Positions 9,211 to 19,404 of a DNA stretch of 64,000 nt are shown here, one piece after another. The notes below the pieces were generated by a model. It did no database searches. It was not told the origin of the DNA and saw only the letters and a list, made by a program, of their open reading frames with translations. Where the stretch lies: the NCBI GenBank assembly GCA_011605725.1, contig JAAOZP010000017.1, forward strand, positions 288,001-352,000, read 5' to 3'. Source of the DNA: Nitrososphaerota archaeon. GTDB lineage: Archaea > Thermoproteota > EX4484-205 > JAAOZP01. The stretch's first letter is position 1; every line of letters begins with the position of its first letter. A program made the position numbers and the translations under genes.

Positions 9211-11850
9211 CTAGAGGCTAGGCTGTTTCTCAACCGCCGCTTTCCAAGCGCCACTAGTAGTTGCGAGAACCGTGTTGAAACAGGGCTTCAGCATCCTGGT
9301 TAACTGCATTACTGCCCCGGAGGAAGTGTAAGTCAGCTGTGGAGTCCTTCTTCTCGCAAGAATCCTTTTAAGCATGAATACGACTACTGTTAAGGCTACT
9401 AGGGATACGGCCAACAGGTAGAGCCATATTGGTATGCCCACGGTGTAAGTTGAAACACCGGTCTGAAACCTGTTGCCAGCGTTGTCAACAGCCTCAACAT
9501 AGTATTGAACCTCTGTGAAGAAGAATTGAGAAGGTATTGAACCCTTGTAAAGGCCTTCTTGAAGACTCATCACTGTCCTCACCCAAGAGGAGCCCTTGTC
9601 TGTGGAGTAGCATAAGTAGACGTCTCTAACACCTGAAGACTCGTCGAAAACTGTGCACACTACTGTCGCAGCCTCTCCGAAAACAGGGTTTGAAGGCCCT
9701 GATAGACCTGTGATTAATGGTGGCTTAGTGTCAAGTATGAGTGTGAACAAATAGCTACACGTGTCTGAATTGTTCAAATTGTCAGTCAGCCTGATGCTCC
9801 AGCTGTGGCTTCCCTCGCTTAAGCTTACAGTCTTAACATACCTGTCCCCGTCTTTAACCATGAACCCGAGGGGAACACCATCTACCGTCAGTTCAATCTC
9901 CCTGACTCCTGAAGAATCAGTAGTCTTGACAATTATAAAGATTGTTTTAGAGTTTGAAAAGAATCTTCCAGATGGAGAAGCATCCTCAACCCTAGGGGGA
10001 GACTTATCTAGGAAGAACTCCAGTTTCCCCTCAGCCTCAGCATTATCAGCCCTGTCCACGCTATAGTACCTTATCTCATGTCTACCCTCAGAATAGGATG
10101 ATAACCCTAATGCAGCGTTGTAAGCCTCCCAAGGACTATCGTCGACCCTGTAAAATATTTTTTTAACACCGCTCAAATCGTCCTCAGCCGAGAAAACAAG
10201 AAGCGTTGAACCAGAGACATAGAGAGTCCCGTTTGCCTCGTGCTTCGGCTCCGTAATAAGTATCTGTGTGAAAGGCGGAACCTTGTCGACGAGAACAGTA
10301 ACGTTAGCTGTAAAAGTGAAGCCCAGGGCTGAGGCTGTTAAAGTATGGTTTCCAACCTCAGTGTCAAAATAGTCTATCTGAACAGTGCTTAAGCCAGCTG
10401 GAATCGTCACGCTGGTTATTCTGGCCATTGTTCCGGAAAGCCTGAACTCTCCTGATGGTGAGGATGTTGAAAGACTCACGGTTACGTTTAACGTGTTAGT
10501 GGCTTCAAAATCATTAACATCCCTCAGAGATAAGTTTAGACGTGAGAAAACCACGCCTCCAGCCATTTTGAAGCTGCGCGGCTCGATTACAAGCTTTGCA
10601 GGAGGCCCTGCTGTAACGTTGAACGCGTTGCTTTCACCGGTTTTCCCAAGACCTATAGTTGTAATTCTCACGCTTCTGCCAACCTTATTGATAGTTACGC
10701 AGCCAGACCATTTCCCATTGCTGAAGACCCCGGTTTTATTAGGGCTGATCGTGCCAGTCGTGTCTGAAAGAATATTCACCCCATCATAATCAGTCTTAAC
10801 ATTCCCATAGATGTCTCGAGCAATTATGGTTATCTGGAAAGGCGTTGCAACCTGCTTCGGAGAATCTACAGTTTCAATCTGGAAACATTCTAATGGACCT
10901 GGTGTAACCCTCAGGTTTTCAGCGTCGCCAACATAATCAGGGTAGTCCACCGCCTTGACACTTATACTCCATTCTCCAGCCTTCTCCTCATAATAGTAGA
11001 AGTCTGCAAACGTGGCGCCATCCCGTATTGTTAACTCCGTTATTGAATCACCGCCCTGCGTCAATGAGAATCTTCTACTTGACGAGTTTGAGTTTGAATC
11101 CAGCCTAACTCTTAAGGATGAGCGCGTAATCCTTTCACCTGTCTCAGTCTCCCTGTAGACCCTCATCTTGATCCAGCCTCCGGCCTGCATGGAATCCCCT
11201 GAGACTACGAGGTTGAGACGAGGCGGGGAATATTGGACTTCCAGATAAGGATGCTTGCTCGAATCATTATGTTCCCTGGAGTAAAACCAGAAAGGACAGC
11301 TAGATGGGCCCATGCCCTCAGCATAATCGCTCAGCATCCAGCCGAAGTTAGGCTCGTAGACAGCACGGTTTCCAGAGACGAATTTAGCCAGGGAGCTTTT
11401 AACATCAAGCTGAAGCCATTTAGGTTTTTCACCTGTTGAAACTGCTGCTACGAATAAGCCTGCATCCGGCTGATTCCTCCAAGTAATGCTGTTCTCATCC
11501 CAGTCTCCCCCAGTAACCTGGTAGCATGCTAAACTCCTGTTTAAATCCGGAGGATCATACATATATATGTTTAAGATGGCTGAAGTAATGATGGATCCTG
11601 GAGGTATTGCGCTTAAATCGAACATTATGAAGGAACGGTCTCGAAAGCCTTCTCTATAGTTAACCCCTATCTCCCAGTTAGAGCCGAAGTTACGGTCAGG
11701 ATCATCCTCGTAAACCACAGCATCCTTCAAAGGGTAGAATACTCTGGTTGACGGGGCTCCCTGTGTTGCTGACGTGTGGAAGGTGGACCCGTAGATAGAC
11801 GTGTAAACCAGCAGTATGGCAACAACAGCGGGTAGCATTATCCTGTTCAA
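9211..11850 (-). CDS. Secreted, C-terminally membrane-anchored surface protein with DNRLRE-like domain and Ig-like repeats
   Basis: Signal peptide; DA.VYE..PD.NFG, RSFIMFDLSAIP, WDENSITWRNQP, PYLEVQY; D..PP and YYSVDRADN Ig-like motifs; terminal TM followed by basic residues. Confidence 0.8.
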   Translation of the reverse strand: MNRIMLPAVVAILLVYTSIYGSTFHTSATQGAPSTRVFYPLKDAVVYEDDPDRNFGSNWEIGVNYREGFRDRSFIMFDLSAIPPGSIITSAILNIYMYDPPDLNRSLACYQVTGGDWDENSITWRNQPDAGLFVAAVSTGEKPKWLQLDVKSSLAKFVSGNRAVYEPNFGWMLSDYAEGMGPSSCPFWFYSREHNDSSKHPYLEVQYSPPRLNLVVSGDSMQAGGWIKMRVYRETETGERITRSSLRVRLDSNSNSSSRRFSLTQGGDSITELTIRDGATFADFYYYEEKAGEWSISVKAVDYPDYVGDAENLRVTPGPLECFQIETVDSPKQVATPFQITIIARDIYGNVKTDYDGVNILSDTTGTISPNKTGVFSNGKWSGCVTINKVGRSVRITTIGLGKTGESNAFNVTAGPPAKLVIEPRSFKMAGGVVFSRLNLSLRDVNDFEATNTLNVTVSLSTSSPSGEFRLSGTMARITSVTIPAGLSTVQIDYFDTEVGNHTLTASALGFTFTANVTVLVDKVPPFTQILITEPKHEANGTLYVSGSTLLVFSAEDDLSGVKKIFYRVDDSPWEAYNAALGLSSYSEGRHEIRYYSVDRADNAEAEGKLEFFLDKSPPRVEDASPSGRFFSNSKTIFIIVKTTDSSGVREIELTVDGVPLGFMVKDGDRYVKTVSLSEGSHSWSIRLTDNLNNSDTCSYLFTLILDTKPPLITGLSGPSNPVFGEAATVVCTVFDESSGVRDVYLCYSTDKGSSWVRTVMSLQEGLYKGSIPSQFFFTEVQYYVEAVDNAGNRFQTGVSTYTVGIPIWLYLLAVSLVALTVVVFMLKRILARRRTPQLTYTSSGAVMQLTRMLKPCFNTVLATTSGAWKAAVEKQPSL

Positions 11851-11933
11851 CTCTCTCAGAATAGTTACAAGGCCTAAGAATATAACTTTTAGCCCTGCAA
11901 CTCGTTACACTGTGAACAGGCGTATTTAAAAAC

Positions 11934-12878
11934 TCATGCGAGCTTCTCGTTAAGCATTTCTACAAAATCCAGGAGTTTTCCGCGTGGAATCATTGCCCCA
12001 GCCGCGTTAGCATGCCCTCCACCTAAGCCTCCGAGCGCCTCGGCAACGCTCGACGTGATCCTGTGAAGATTCCTTAATCCAATAGATCTAATGCTTAGAT
12101 CGATTTTTTCACCATGCTCATCAGCCGCAACCCCGATTATTGTTTCACCGTAAGCCCTAGCGTAGGTTGCAGCCTTTCCAAGCGACCATTCCACGTTCAC
12201 AACGTACGATACATTACCATGAGTCTTCACCAGGCTTTTCACAACTCGGCGCATCTCCTCGTCTCTCTCTGCCTCCCGTAAAGCCATTTCAACCAGGTTT
12301 CTATCAGCACTCGGAAGCTTGTTTTCAGAAAGATAGTTGACGAGGCTTCTCTTAAAATCGAAATCCATCCTCCTGACTCCCTCCAGCGCAGCCACCAAGA
12401 TGCCGGCTTCCAGGTAGAGCTCCCTCTTATCCCATTTTTCAAGCAGTCTCCTTACCCCGGGCGTGTTATCACTATAGTCGCCTATCGCACCGTAGATTGC
12501 AACCCTGCTCATCTCAGGCTCCAGATCATTCTTAAAACAGGTGTAGGCGAGCTCGGAGGCACATGCGCCCCTAACCCCTTTAAGCGTCCTCACAGGCAGC
12601 TTATTCACGTTCAATCCTTGAGGAAGCGGATGGTGATCCAGGTAGATAACCTCGTTTTTTAAACTAAGCCTCTTAAACTCTGAAATTATCTCATTCTTGT
12701 GCTTCGAGGTTAATGCTACATCAAGTATAATGATGCTTCCGGCTTCAATAGACTTAAGCTCTGACAGAAGACCCGCAGGGTTTGTGAATACTACTTTGGC
12801 ATCCCTCCTTGCAGCTAGGACTATTGAGGCTGCGCAGACTCCGTCGCAATCCCCGTGTGCAAGAATAATCTGCCCCAT
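11934..12878 (-). CDS. DHH/DHHA1-family phosphoesterase (RecJ/NrnA-like)
   Basis: HGDCDG, ILDVA, YLDHH, GGGHANAAG. Confidence 0.88.
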   Translation of the reverse strand: MGQIILAHGDCDGVCAASIVLAARRDAKVVFTNPAGLLSELKSIEAGSIIILDVALTSKHKNEIISEFKRLSLKNEVIYLDHHPLPQGLNVNKLPVRTLKGVRGACASELAYTCFKNDLEPEMSRVAIYGAIGDYSDNTPGVRRLLEKWDKRELYLEAGILVAALEGVRRMDFDFKRSLVNYLSENKLPSADRNLVEMALREAERDEEMRRVVKSLVKTHGNVSYVVNVEWSLGKAATYARAYGETIIGVAADEHGEKIDLSIRSIGLRNLHRITSSVAEALGGLGGGHANAAGAMIPRGKLLDFVEMLNEKLA

Positions 12879-12946
12879 TCTCCACCTAACTTTGAAACCC
12901 CGCAGTATAAAAAGATGCCTCATCCAAGCAGTGTTTAGCTCACGCT

Positions 12947-14167
12947 TTAAAGCTCTTTCTGCGGATTCATGTTTGCGAAGAATTCTTTAATCTCGTTTAA
13001 ATCACCAGCATAGGAGTTTACGATCCTCGCTTCAACCTCCCTAACGAATTCCCTTGTGAACTCAACGGGCAGCGTAATGTTCTCGTCGATAAGGTCTATT
13101 GCGAGCGGCAGTCCCGTCGCCATGTTGAAGTTTTCAATGCTTGAGAAAAGCATATTCATCACGTAATTCTCTGAGCCGAGCGGAACCTCAAGCTCGAAAG
13201 GCGGATTCTCCTCGCTCACTTTGACTTGAAGCCTGTTAAGCCTGGATTGAAGCTTCTCAGCATAATCCTCGGGCACGCCCAGAACCTTCGCCAGCCTCTC
13301 CACAGCCCATTCGACAGCCTCCTCGAAAGCATCCTTAGGGTCACGGTATTTTTCTCGAATCAAAAGCTCGCTAACCCTGCTGTAAACCCTTTGAAGCTCA
13401 GCTTTTCCAAGAAGCTCCTTATAATCCAGGATTGCAGGCGGATTCATCAAATTATGCAGTATCTGCTTATCCAGATGGTTTACTAAAGGGCTTTTCACAC
13501 CGTCTTTAACAGACAGCCAGCCTCCTATAGCTCTGCTCCTACCTCTTTTAATGATTCCGGCGCATCTTCCAGAATCCATTAGCACACTAGTTATTTTCAA
13601 TATTTCTCCAGTGGTTTTAAAGATTTCCTCCCTGATTTCCCTGGGGACAGGAAGGCTCTTCGCAATCCTCGCGATCCTGAAGAGAGGATACGCGAAGCTG
13701 AGGAAGCTTCCGTCTAAAAGAAGCAGATCCGGGTTTCTCTCAAGAGCCTTCAGAGCCGCCACTCTTTCAAGAAGGGTTTCCTTAACGCTTAGAATTATGC
13801 TGAAAAGCTCTCTACTGTAGGCTTGGCTTTCACCTATGTTTCCAGGAAGATAACCCTCGTCAACAATGTTCTTACCCTTAACCATGATGAACCCTGCAGC
13901 GTACACGGAGAATTTTGCGCCAATAGTCTCAGCAGGCCTCGGGGAGAAGGAGCCGTCGACCGCAGCAATAGATGTTTCCCCTGACTGTCCGAAGCTTAAT
14001 GTTCGCACGTATGGAGCTATCCTGTGTTTCACAGACTCCATTATGAGCCTGAAACCGTCTATTACCCCTATCAGCCTCCTGGCCTCGTCTTCAGCCTTCT
14101 CGTAGAACTGCTCTTGAAGGTCTATCGGGAGCCTGCTCCATGCGGTTTCAGAAGCCATGGACATCAT
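12947..14167 (-). CDS. nurA: NurA-family nuclease
   Basis: AAVDGS, LLLDGS, GIIKR, GLPLAIDLID; overlaps herA. Confidence 0.82.
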   Translation of the reverse strand: MMSMASETAWSRLPIDLQEQFYEKAEDEARRLIGVIDGFRLIMESVKHRIAPYVRTLSFGQSGETSIAAVDGSFSPRPAETIGAKFSVYAAGFIMVKGKNIVDEGYLPGNIGESQAYSRELFSIILSVKETLLERVAALKALERNPDLLLLDGSFLSFAYPLFRIARIAKSLPVPREIREEIFKTTGEILKITSVLMDSGRCAGIIKRGRSRAIGGWLSVKDGVKSPLVNHLDKQILHNLMNPPAILDYKELLGKAELQRVYSRVSELLIREKYRDPKDAFEEAVEWAVERLAKVLGVPEDYAEKLQSRLNRLQVKVSEENPPFELEVPLGSENYVMNMLFSSIENFNMATGLPLAIDLIDENITLPVEFTREFVREVEARIVNSYAGDLNEIKEFFANMNPQKEL

Positions 14168-15633
14168 TTCCCCGGCTTGAAAGATATTAAGAGAGGTATC
14201 GGCGACGGGTTCGCCTTCCCAACGAAGTAGAATTGGCCTGGCTTCAGCGAGAGAAGATACTCCCTCTGAATCCCGTAGGGCTTAAGCCAGTTATCAGCCT
14301 CCTGCATGTCGAGCGGGTGAAGAGCTCCGAAGAACTGCGTGTTAAGGTTTCTTCTTACAGCAGCGTTTATACCTATGTCTCCAGCTATCCCTTGAGATAT
14401 TAAAACGATGCAAAGCCTATGTTTCCTCCCCAGAGCACAGAGGTTCTTAATGTGTTCCGTAGTCTCGTATTGGATTCCCCGGGGCTCCCATGGAGCGTAT
14501 TGCGGCCCCTCGTCTATAACGAGCGCTACTCCAAGCGACTCCCCTAGCTCCATACCCTCCTCCAGAAACCTTGCGAGAGAGTTGAAGAAGGAGAGCTTCT
14601 CGTCACTCCCCACCAGGCTCATGTCCACGATTCTAAGACCCTTCTCGTCTCTCCTCAAATCCTCCACGAGGCCCTCGATGCTTAACGAGCCTCTGACAGC
14701 CTCCAGGTCGATCGGCCTAAGCTTCTTGAAACCATACTCCAACCGGCGTAGAGCAGTCCTTTTAAAATCCTCTCTAGTCGAGGACTGTCTAATACTGTTT
14801 TCCAAATGATTCTTCATGTCTAGAAACATTTCTTCAGACGATTTCTGACTCACCTCCTCCCATCTTCTCGAAACATAGTCTTCAAGAGCCTCCCTTACAG
14901 GGTTAGAATCCCTAGCTTGCCCAGTATAGCCGAAGTGCTCGGCCTTCTCCAGTATGTATCTAACTATCGCCTCTTCATCAAGCTTAAGGTAGGAAATTGG
15001 AACCGCCTTATCCTTATAGTGTGGAGCATAGTCTTCACCACTCCAGTCTAGAATCAGAACTTTGAAACCGGATTCAAGAAGAACAGGGACTAGGACGAAC
15101 CTTGTCAACCAGGACTTACCGCTTCCCGTTGCGCCAAACACGCCGACATGGTATGGCAGGAAGGAGCTGTCGAAAGGTATTTTCCAATCCTCATGCCCCT
15201 CTAGACAAGCGTTCCAGACAACCGGCTTGTTCCTCGCAACGTACTCGAGAGGATTGGAAACACCCGGCTTAAACATGTAGACGCTGCTTCTAGGAGGTAT
15301 TATCATCCGGTTCTGCTCAATCCCGTTATCGGTTAAAACCCCTATCACCATTATTTCGAAAGTATATATCTCTCTGGCTCCTGAAGGCACTCCCCCCCTC
15401 TTAGCATATGCGACACTCGGCCTGTAAGCGTTAGCCCTAAGAGCCTCGTTTACCCCGCTTCCGCTTCTAAGAACCCCAAGCACTTCGCCAATAGGCGTCT
15501 CAATCACAACAATCTCCTCAGCCCTAACCTTAAGCTCCTTCTCCTCCTCCAATAGAAGCCTAGCCCTAGTTTCGCTGGAGTCGCTAGCAACAATACCGAT
15601 CTTCTCCAGGTTCCTATCGTCGAGCAGACGCAT
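14164..15633 (-). CDS. herA: HerA-family helicase/ATPase
   Basis: N-terminal HAS-barrel-like region, HVGVFGATGSGKS, ILDWSGEDY, LVIDEG, GRKH, ISQ. Confidence 0.88.
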   Translation of the reverse strand: MRLLDDRNLEKIGIVASDSSETRARLLLEEEKELKVRAEEIVVIETPIGEVLGVLRSGSGVNEALRANAYRPSVAYAKRGGVPSGAREIYTFEIMVIGVLTDNGIEQNRMIIPPRSSVYMFKPGVSNPLEYVARNKPVVWNACLEGHEDWKIPFDSSFLPYHVGVFGATGSGKSWLTRFVLVPVLLESGFKVLILDWSGEDYAPHYKDKAVPISYLKLDEEAIVRYILEKAEHFGYTGQARDSNPVREALEDYVSRRWEEVSQKSSEEMFLDMKNHLENSIRQSSTREDFKRTALRRLEYGFKKLRPIDLEAVRGSLSIEGLVEDLRRDEKGLRIVDMSLVGSDEKLSFFNSLARFLEEGMELGESLGVALVIDEGPQYAPWEPRGIQYETTEHIKNLCALGRKHRLCIVLISQGIAGDIGINAAVRRNLNTQFFGALHPLDMQEADNWLKPYGIQREYLLSLKPGQFYFVGKANPSPIPLLISFKPGK

Positions 15634-15929
15634 GGTTTACCATGTATAAGCATGTTTAAAAAGTTGACCAGCATTACTGTCCTCGTAAAGCTCCCCCAGA
15701 CGCTTAGAAGCCCTCCTGCAAACAGCGTTTTAAAACCGGTGTTTCAACGCTCGGTCGTGGCAAGGCTAACTGAAAAAAAGGGATCTGGCAACCTGATGAT
15801 AATTTTGAAAACAAGCCTCTAAGCATCCATGTGTTGTGACGATTGTTCCTTCATATTGCTTCCTAATGCGGTTTAAAGCCGGCTTCAAGCCACCGGTAGA
15901 GACATGCTAATCTCCCCATATACCGGTAG

Positions 15930-16472
15930 CTATGGAATTACTGCATGCCGAATGAGCTTTGAAAAGATCGCGTATAGACAGATGCCAACCAGGGTTCCGC
16001 TGAGGATCCACAGCGGCTGTCCTTCTAAAACCCCTCTGAAGAATGCGAAGAGCGCTACACATATTCCAATGATTAGAGGTATGAGTTTTAAACCGGATGC
16101 TGGCCTTCTTGTAGCCGGTGCCGTAACCCTCTGCCTCTCAACACGTAGGGTTGCCTCAGAACCCTTAGCCTCCCTGATTCCTGAACGCGTTTGCAAGACC
16201 TCTGAAACTATAATCCTAGCGGCTTCACTAACAGCGTAGACTTCAGCGTTCTCAACCCTTCTCTTCAAGACAAGCCCGTTCCTCTCAAGAACACCCAGGT
16301 GATGGCTTAAGAGCTGTTTAGAATAGCCTAGGGATTTAGATAGTGATGTAGCAGTATCCTCTTTCTCTAGCAGTTTCACCAGTATTCTCATCCTGTGAGG
16401 CTCAGCTGCAGCCTTTATCATGCTAAGCTTCTCCGGCTCCAGCTCCGTCTTTCTGCCTTCGCTCGGCAACAC
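15930..16472 (-). CDS. ArsR-family HTH regulator with two C-terminal TM helices
   Basis: EPHRMRILVKL...ATSLSKSLGYSKQLLSHHLGVLERNGLV; two hydrophobic helices at the C-terminus. Confidence 0.82.
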   Translation of the reverse strand: MLPSEGRKTELEPEKLSMIKAAAEPHRMRILVKLLEKEDTATSLSKSLGYSKQLLSHHLGVLERNGLVLKRRVENAEVYAVSEAARIIVSEVLQTRSGIREAKGSEATLRVERQRVTAPATRRPASGLKLIPLIIGICVALFAFFRGVLEGQPLWILSGTLVGICLYAIFSKLIRHAVIP

Positions 16473-16733
16473 CTCTGAAAAGCGCCTAACGCCTTTTAAG
16501 GATTTATGAGAAAGATTTCTGAAACCCGGAGAGTGGTCATGTAAAGTTGTCGAACAAAGTAGGCAGATGTTTGCTAAGGTAAACGGTTTCTACTTGCTGG
16601 TAAACAGAGAATCCAGATGAGACCGTCATCACCCCCAACACCTGCAGTAGCCTTTATCCGCCTGGTTTTCAAGAGGATTAGGGCTTAAATTCTAAGCCCC
16701 GGTCTGGCTGAGAACAGCATATATAAATCTTCC

Positions 16734-16790
16734 GTCAGTAAATTTTTACCTACAGTCAGCGAAAATTTTCGCTTACCTCATACTATAAAT
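16734..16790. promoter_or_regulatory. Tandem palindromic operator candidates plus TATA box for the 16825 operon
   Basis: GTCAGTAAATTTTTAC (16734) and GTCAGCGAAAATTTTCGCT (16755); perfect 16-bp palindrome at 16758-16773; TATAAAT at 16784. Confidence 0.6.
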
Positions 16791-16824
16791 ACACGTTTAA
16801 CAATGCTTCTATACGTGGTGGGGA

Positions 16825-18183
16825 ATGAGCATCGTTAAGACCATCCTGAAGCTCGTTGCAGTAATCGTTTCAGGAAGCCTGGTTAAAAAGCTTTTAGATT
16901 CTATCGGGTATTCCCTCGGCTTAGACCTGGGAGGCTTGACGAGCCTGATCACCGTGGCGGCAATGGTGTTCTTAACCATATACCTATTTTCACCGGGAAA
17001 GTATTTTAAAAACGGTTTGAGAAGGGTCTTTGAAAAAGTATTCTCCTTCCTACTCATCTGGTTGACAGCAGCATTCTCCTCAGCCCTCTTCCACACTAAG
17101 TACTATACTCAAATAGGATTCGTAGTGGCACTCCTATACATTGTCCTAACTATTCGCAAACCCGTGAACATTGGGATTAGGCTGAATAGGCTGAGGATAG
17201 TAAGCAAGGAGGAGCCTGCCCAGCCTGAAGACCACATGATCCTCCTGTCCCTTGCGCCAGTTCCTAGAGTTGCTTTCCTTCACGGGTTTGGCCCAAGCGG
17301 CTTACTGAAATTGTTAACAGGAGGGGCGAGGCTCAGCCTGAAGCTTCCTGAAGACGTCTTTATAGAATCCTTTAAGCATCGCCAGACGCTTAGGCTCAAG
17401 GGAAACCTCTCCACCCTTGTGGAAGCTGTGGGAAAGGGCGTAACGGGCAGTATCGCCATACTCTGTGAAGCCAAGCCCGCAAGAGAGTTTATGAAGATTG
17501 AGGTTGCTTCTGATAATCCGCAGGCTCTCGAGGGGTTCACTGAGAAGCTGAAGGAGACAGGCCCAGGCTCCCAGCATGGTGTACGGCGGGCTTTGGAAGA
17601 ATGGCTCTCTCTGAAACCATACGTAACACCGGTTCCTGAGCTGCTGTATCCAAACCCTATTCTGCTAGCTGGGAGGCTGCTGATAGTGGGTGAGAGAAGG
17701 AATGCGGAGGATCTTGCCCTCCAACTATGCCTCTCGCAGTTAAGGAGGAACTCGGTGAGCCTCGTGGTGGAAGGGAGAGCCGGGAACGTTGAGGATGATG
17801 TGAGAATGAGGCTTGTTGAAAAAGGTTTTAAGCCTAGTGGGAACAGGCTGCTTAAGAAGCCTTTTGAAACCTACAGGTGTCGCGACGGGATGGAGGTGGT
17901 CTTCGCCGACAAGCCGTCCGGCGGGGCCTTTCTTAAGAAAAAACCGTCTAAACCCTTAGTCGCCGTCTGGTTTAGAGACCTTGTTCAAAACCTCGATGTG
18001 AACGCCCCGATCAGAATACTGACGCTTGGAAAACCATGGGCGTGTTCAAGCTTTGAAGCGGACAGCATCATCCTCATAGGCTGCGAGAAGGAGCTGGTCG
18101 AATCGTTTCTACCATCCAGAGGACTTGCACTCGAGGGGAAGACTGTCCTGGTCTCACGACAGGGGGTGAGGGTGCTGAAATGA
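16825..18183 (+). CDS. Membrane protein (about 4 N-terminal TM) with degenerate P-loop-like C-terminal domain
   Basis: Hydrophobic N-terminus; GRLLIVGERRNAEDLAL...SLVVEG resembles an eroded HerA/VirD4 Walker A strand-helix-strand. Confidence 0.6.
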   Translation: MSIVKTILKLVAVIVSGSLVKKLLDSIGYSLGLDLGGLTSLITVAAMVFLTIYLFSPGKYFKNGLRRVFEKVFSFLLIWLTAAFSSALFHTKYYTQIGFVVALLYIVLTIRKPVNIGIRLNRLRIVSKEEPAQPEDHMILLSLAPVPRVAFLHGFGPSGLLKLLTGGARLSLKLPEDVFIESFKHRQTLRLKGNLSTLVEAVGKGVTGSIAILCEAKPAREFMKIEVASDNPQALEGFTEKLKETGPGSQHGVRRALEEWLSLKPYVTPVPELLYPNPILLAGRLLIVGERRNAEDLALQLCLSQLRRNSVSLVVEGRAGNVEDDVRMRLVEKGFKPSGNRLLKKPFETYRCRDGMEVVFADKPSGGAFLKKKPSKPLVAVWFRDLVQNLDVNAPIRILTLGKPWACSSFEADSIILIGCEKELVESFLPSRGLALEGKTVLVSRQGVRVLK

Positions 18184-19403
18184 GGGTTGTGTCCGAGCAG
18201 AGCCTAGGATTGCTCGAGGCTTCTGCGAGAATAGGCGTAGCCGGGAGCAATTTCAAGGCTGCTCTCATATACCTGATTCAAAACGTGTTTGAGGATGCTA
18301 AGGTAATCCTGTTCGACTTAAACGACGAGTTTAGCTGCGTGGCAAGAATAGGTTCGACTAGATACTATGAGGTTGTGAAACACGGCATTAACCCGATTAA
18401 ACCTCTGAATCGTGAAAAGGTTGAGCAGTACGTCGAATCAGTTGTGGAGATACTTGACTATTGCTTCGGGACTTTCAACATGAAGAGCATGGTGGCGAAA
18501 GCGCTTTTGAACAGCGTCTTAAGGTCTCCGGAAACCACGATACCTGAGGTTGCTTCAACACTTGACTTTGAAACCCCGGAGGGAGGGTTATCCGTGTACA
18601 CGCCTCTTGAACCATTCACCTTCGGAACCCTGAGGCAAGCGTTTGGCAGAAGGGAAGCGTTCGAGTTCAGCAGCGTTTTGGAGTCAGGAATGGTTTTCAA
18701 CCTCTCCGGGTTTACAGTGGCTTCGCACAAGGTTTTCGCAACGCTTTTGACGCTGGCGAAGCTTATCCAGCTTGAACCCAAGCATAGGACGCTCGTAGTA
18801 GTATGCTACCCAAGCCTGATATGGCCGAGAAACAGGAGGTTTGACAACGCTAGGCTCTTCGTTGAAGAATCCCTAATCGGAGAACTTGAAAGGAAGGAGT
18901 ATTCAATAGTGTTCGCTGAGAAAAACCTGTCACAGGTTTCTGAAAGGGTTTTGGAGAACCTTGACTCGGTAGTCTTCTCACCTCCCTCTGAGGCCACTAA
19001 CCCGTGGAGGATGAGCCCCGCGCCCGAGAGGAATGCTTCAAACTACTCCATGCTCATCCTTGTTAAGAATGGGGAGTATGGTTTTATAGAGGCTCCTGTG
19101 AACATGCTTCTTAAGCCCCTTAGCGAGAAGGAGAGGGAGGCACGTAAGCCAGCCATGAAAATCTTAAGCCTTGACGAGGGGCTGAAGGAGGGGCTTGGCG
19201 AATCCTATGAGGCAGGAGCCAAGATAATTGGGAAGCTAAGGGGACTGGGTGGAAAAGCTGGCTTAAACGAGTTCATAGAAGAAGTGAGAGCCTCACTTGG
19301 CGCAGAGGGCCTCAGGGCTCTTGCCGCGCTCATAAGGCAGGGTTATCTAAAACAAGTTCGCGAGGGTGAGAAGCAACTCCTGGTTTTAACAGGAGGAGAT
19401 TAG
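18180..19403 (+). CDS. Catalytically degenerate HerA/VirB4-like ATPase with C-terminal wHTH
   Basis: IGVAGSNFKA (eroded Walker A), VILFDLNDEF, GINPIKP, LVVVCYP (no DE), ERKEYSIVFAEKNLSQVSERVLENLDS. Confidence 0.65.
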   Translation: MRVVSEQSLGLLEASARIGVAGSNFKAALIYLIQNVFEDAKVILFDLNDEFSCVARIGSTRYYEVVKHGINPIKPLNREKVEQYVESVVEILDYCFGTFNMKSMVAKALLNSVLRSPETTIPEVASTLDFETPEGGLSVYTPLEPFTFGTLRQAFGRREAFEFSSVLESGMVFNLSGFTVASHKVFATLLTLAKLIQLEPKHRTLVVVCYPSLIWPRNRRFDNARLFVEESLIGELERKEYSIVFAEKNLSQVSERVLENLDSVVFSPPSEATNPWRMSPAPERNASNYSMLILVKNGEYGFIEAPVNMLLKPLSEKEREARKPAMKILSLDEGLKEGLGESYEAGAKIIGKLRGLGGKAGLNEFIEEVRASLGAEGLRALAALIRQGYLKQVREGEKQLLVLTGGD

Positions 19404-19404
19404 G

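Noticed and set aside
15640-15930. C/D-box sRNA or repeat (TGATGA at 15794; ACCGGT copies)
   Set aside because: No properly spaced D boxes; repeats too short
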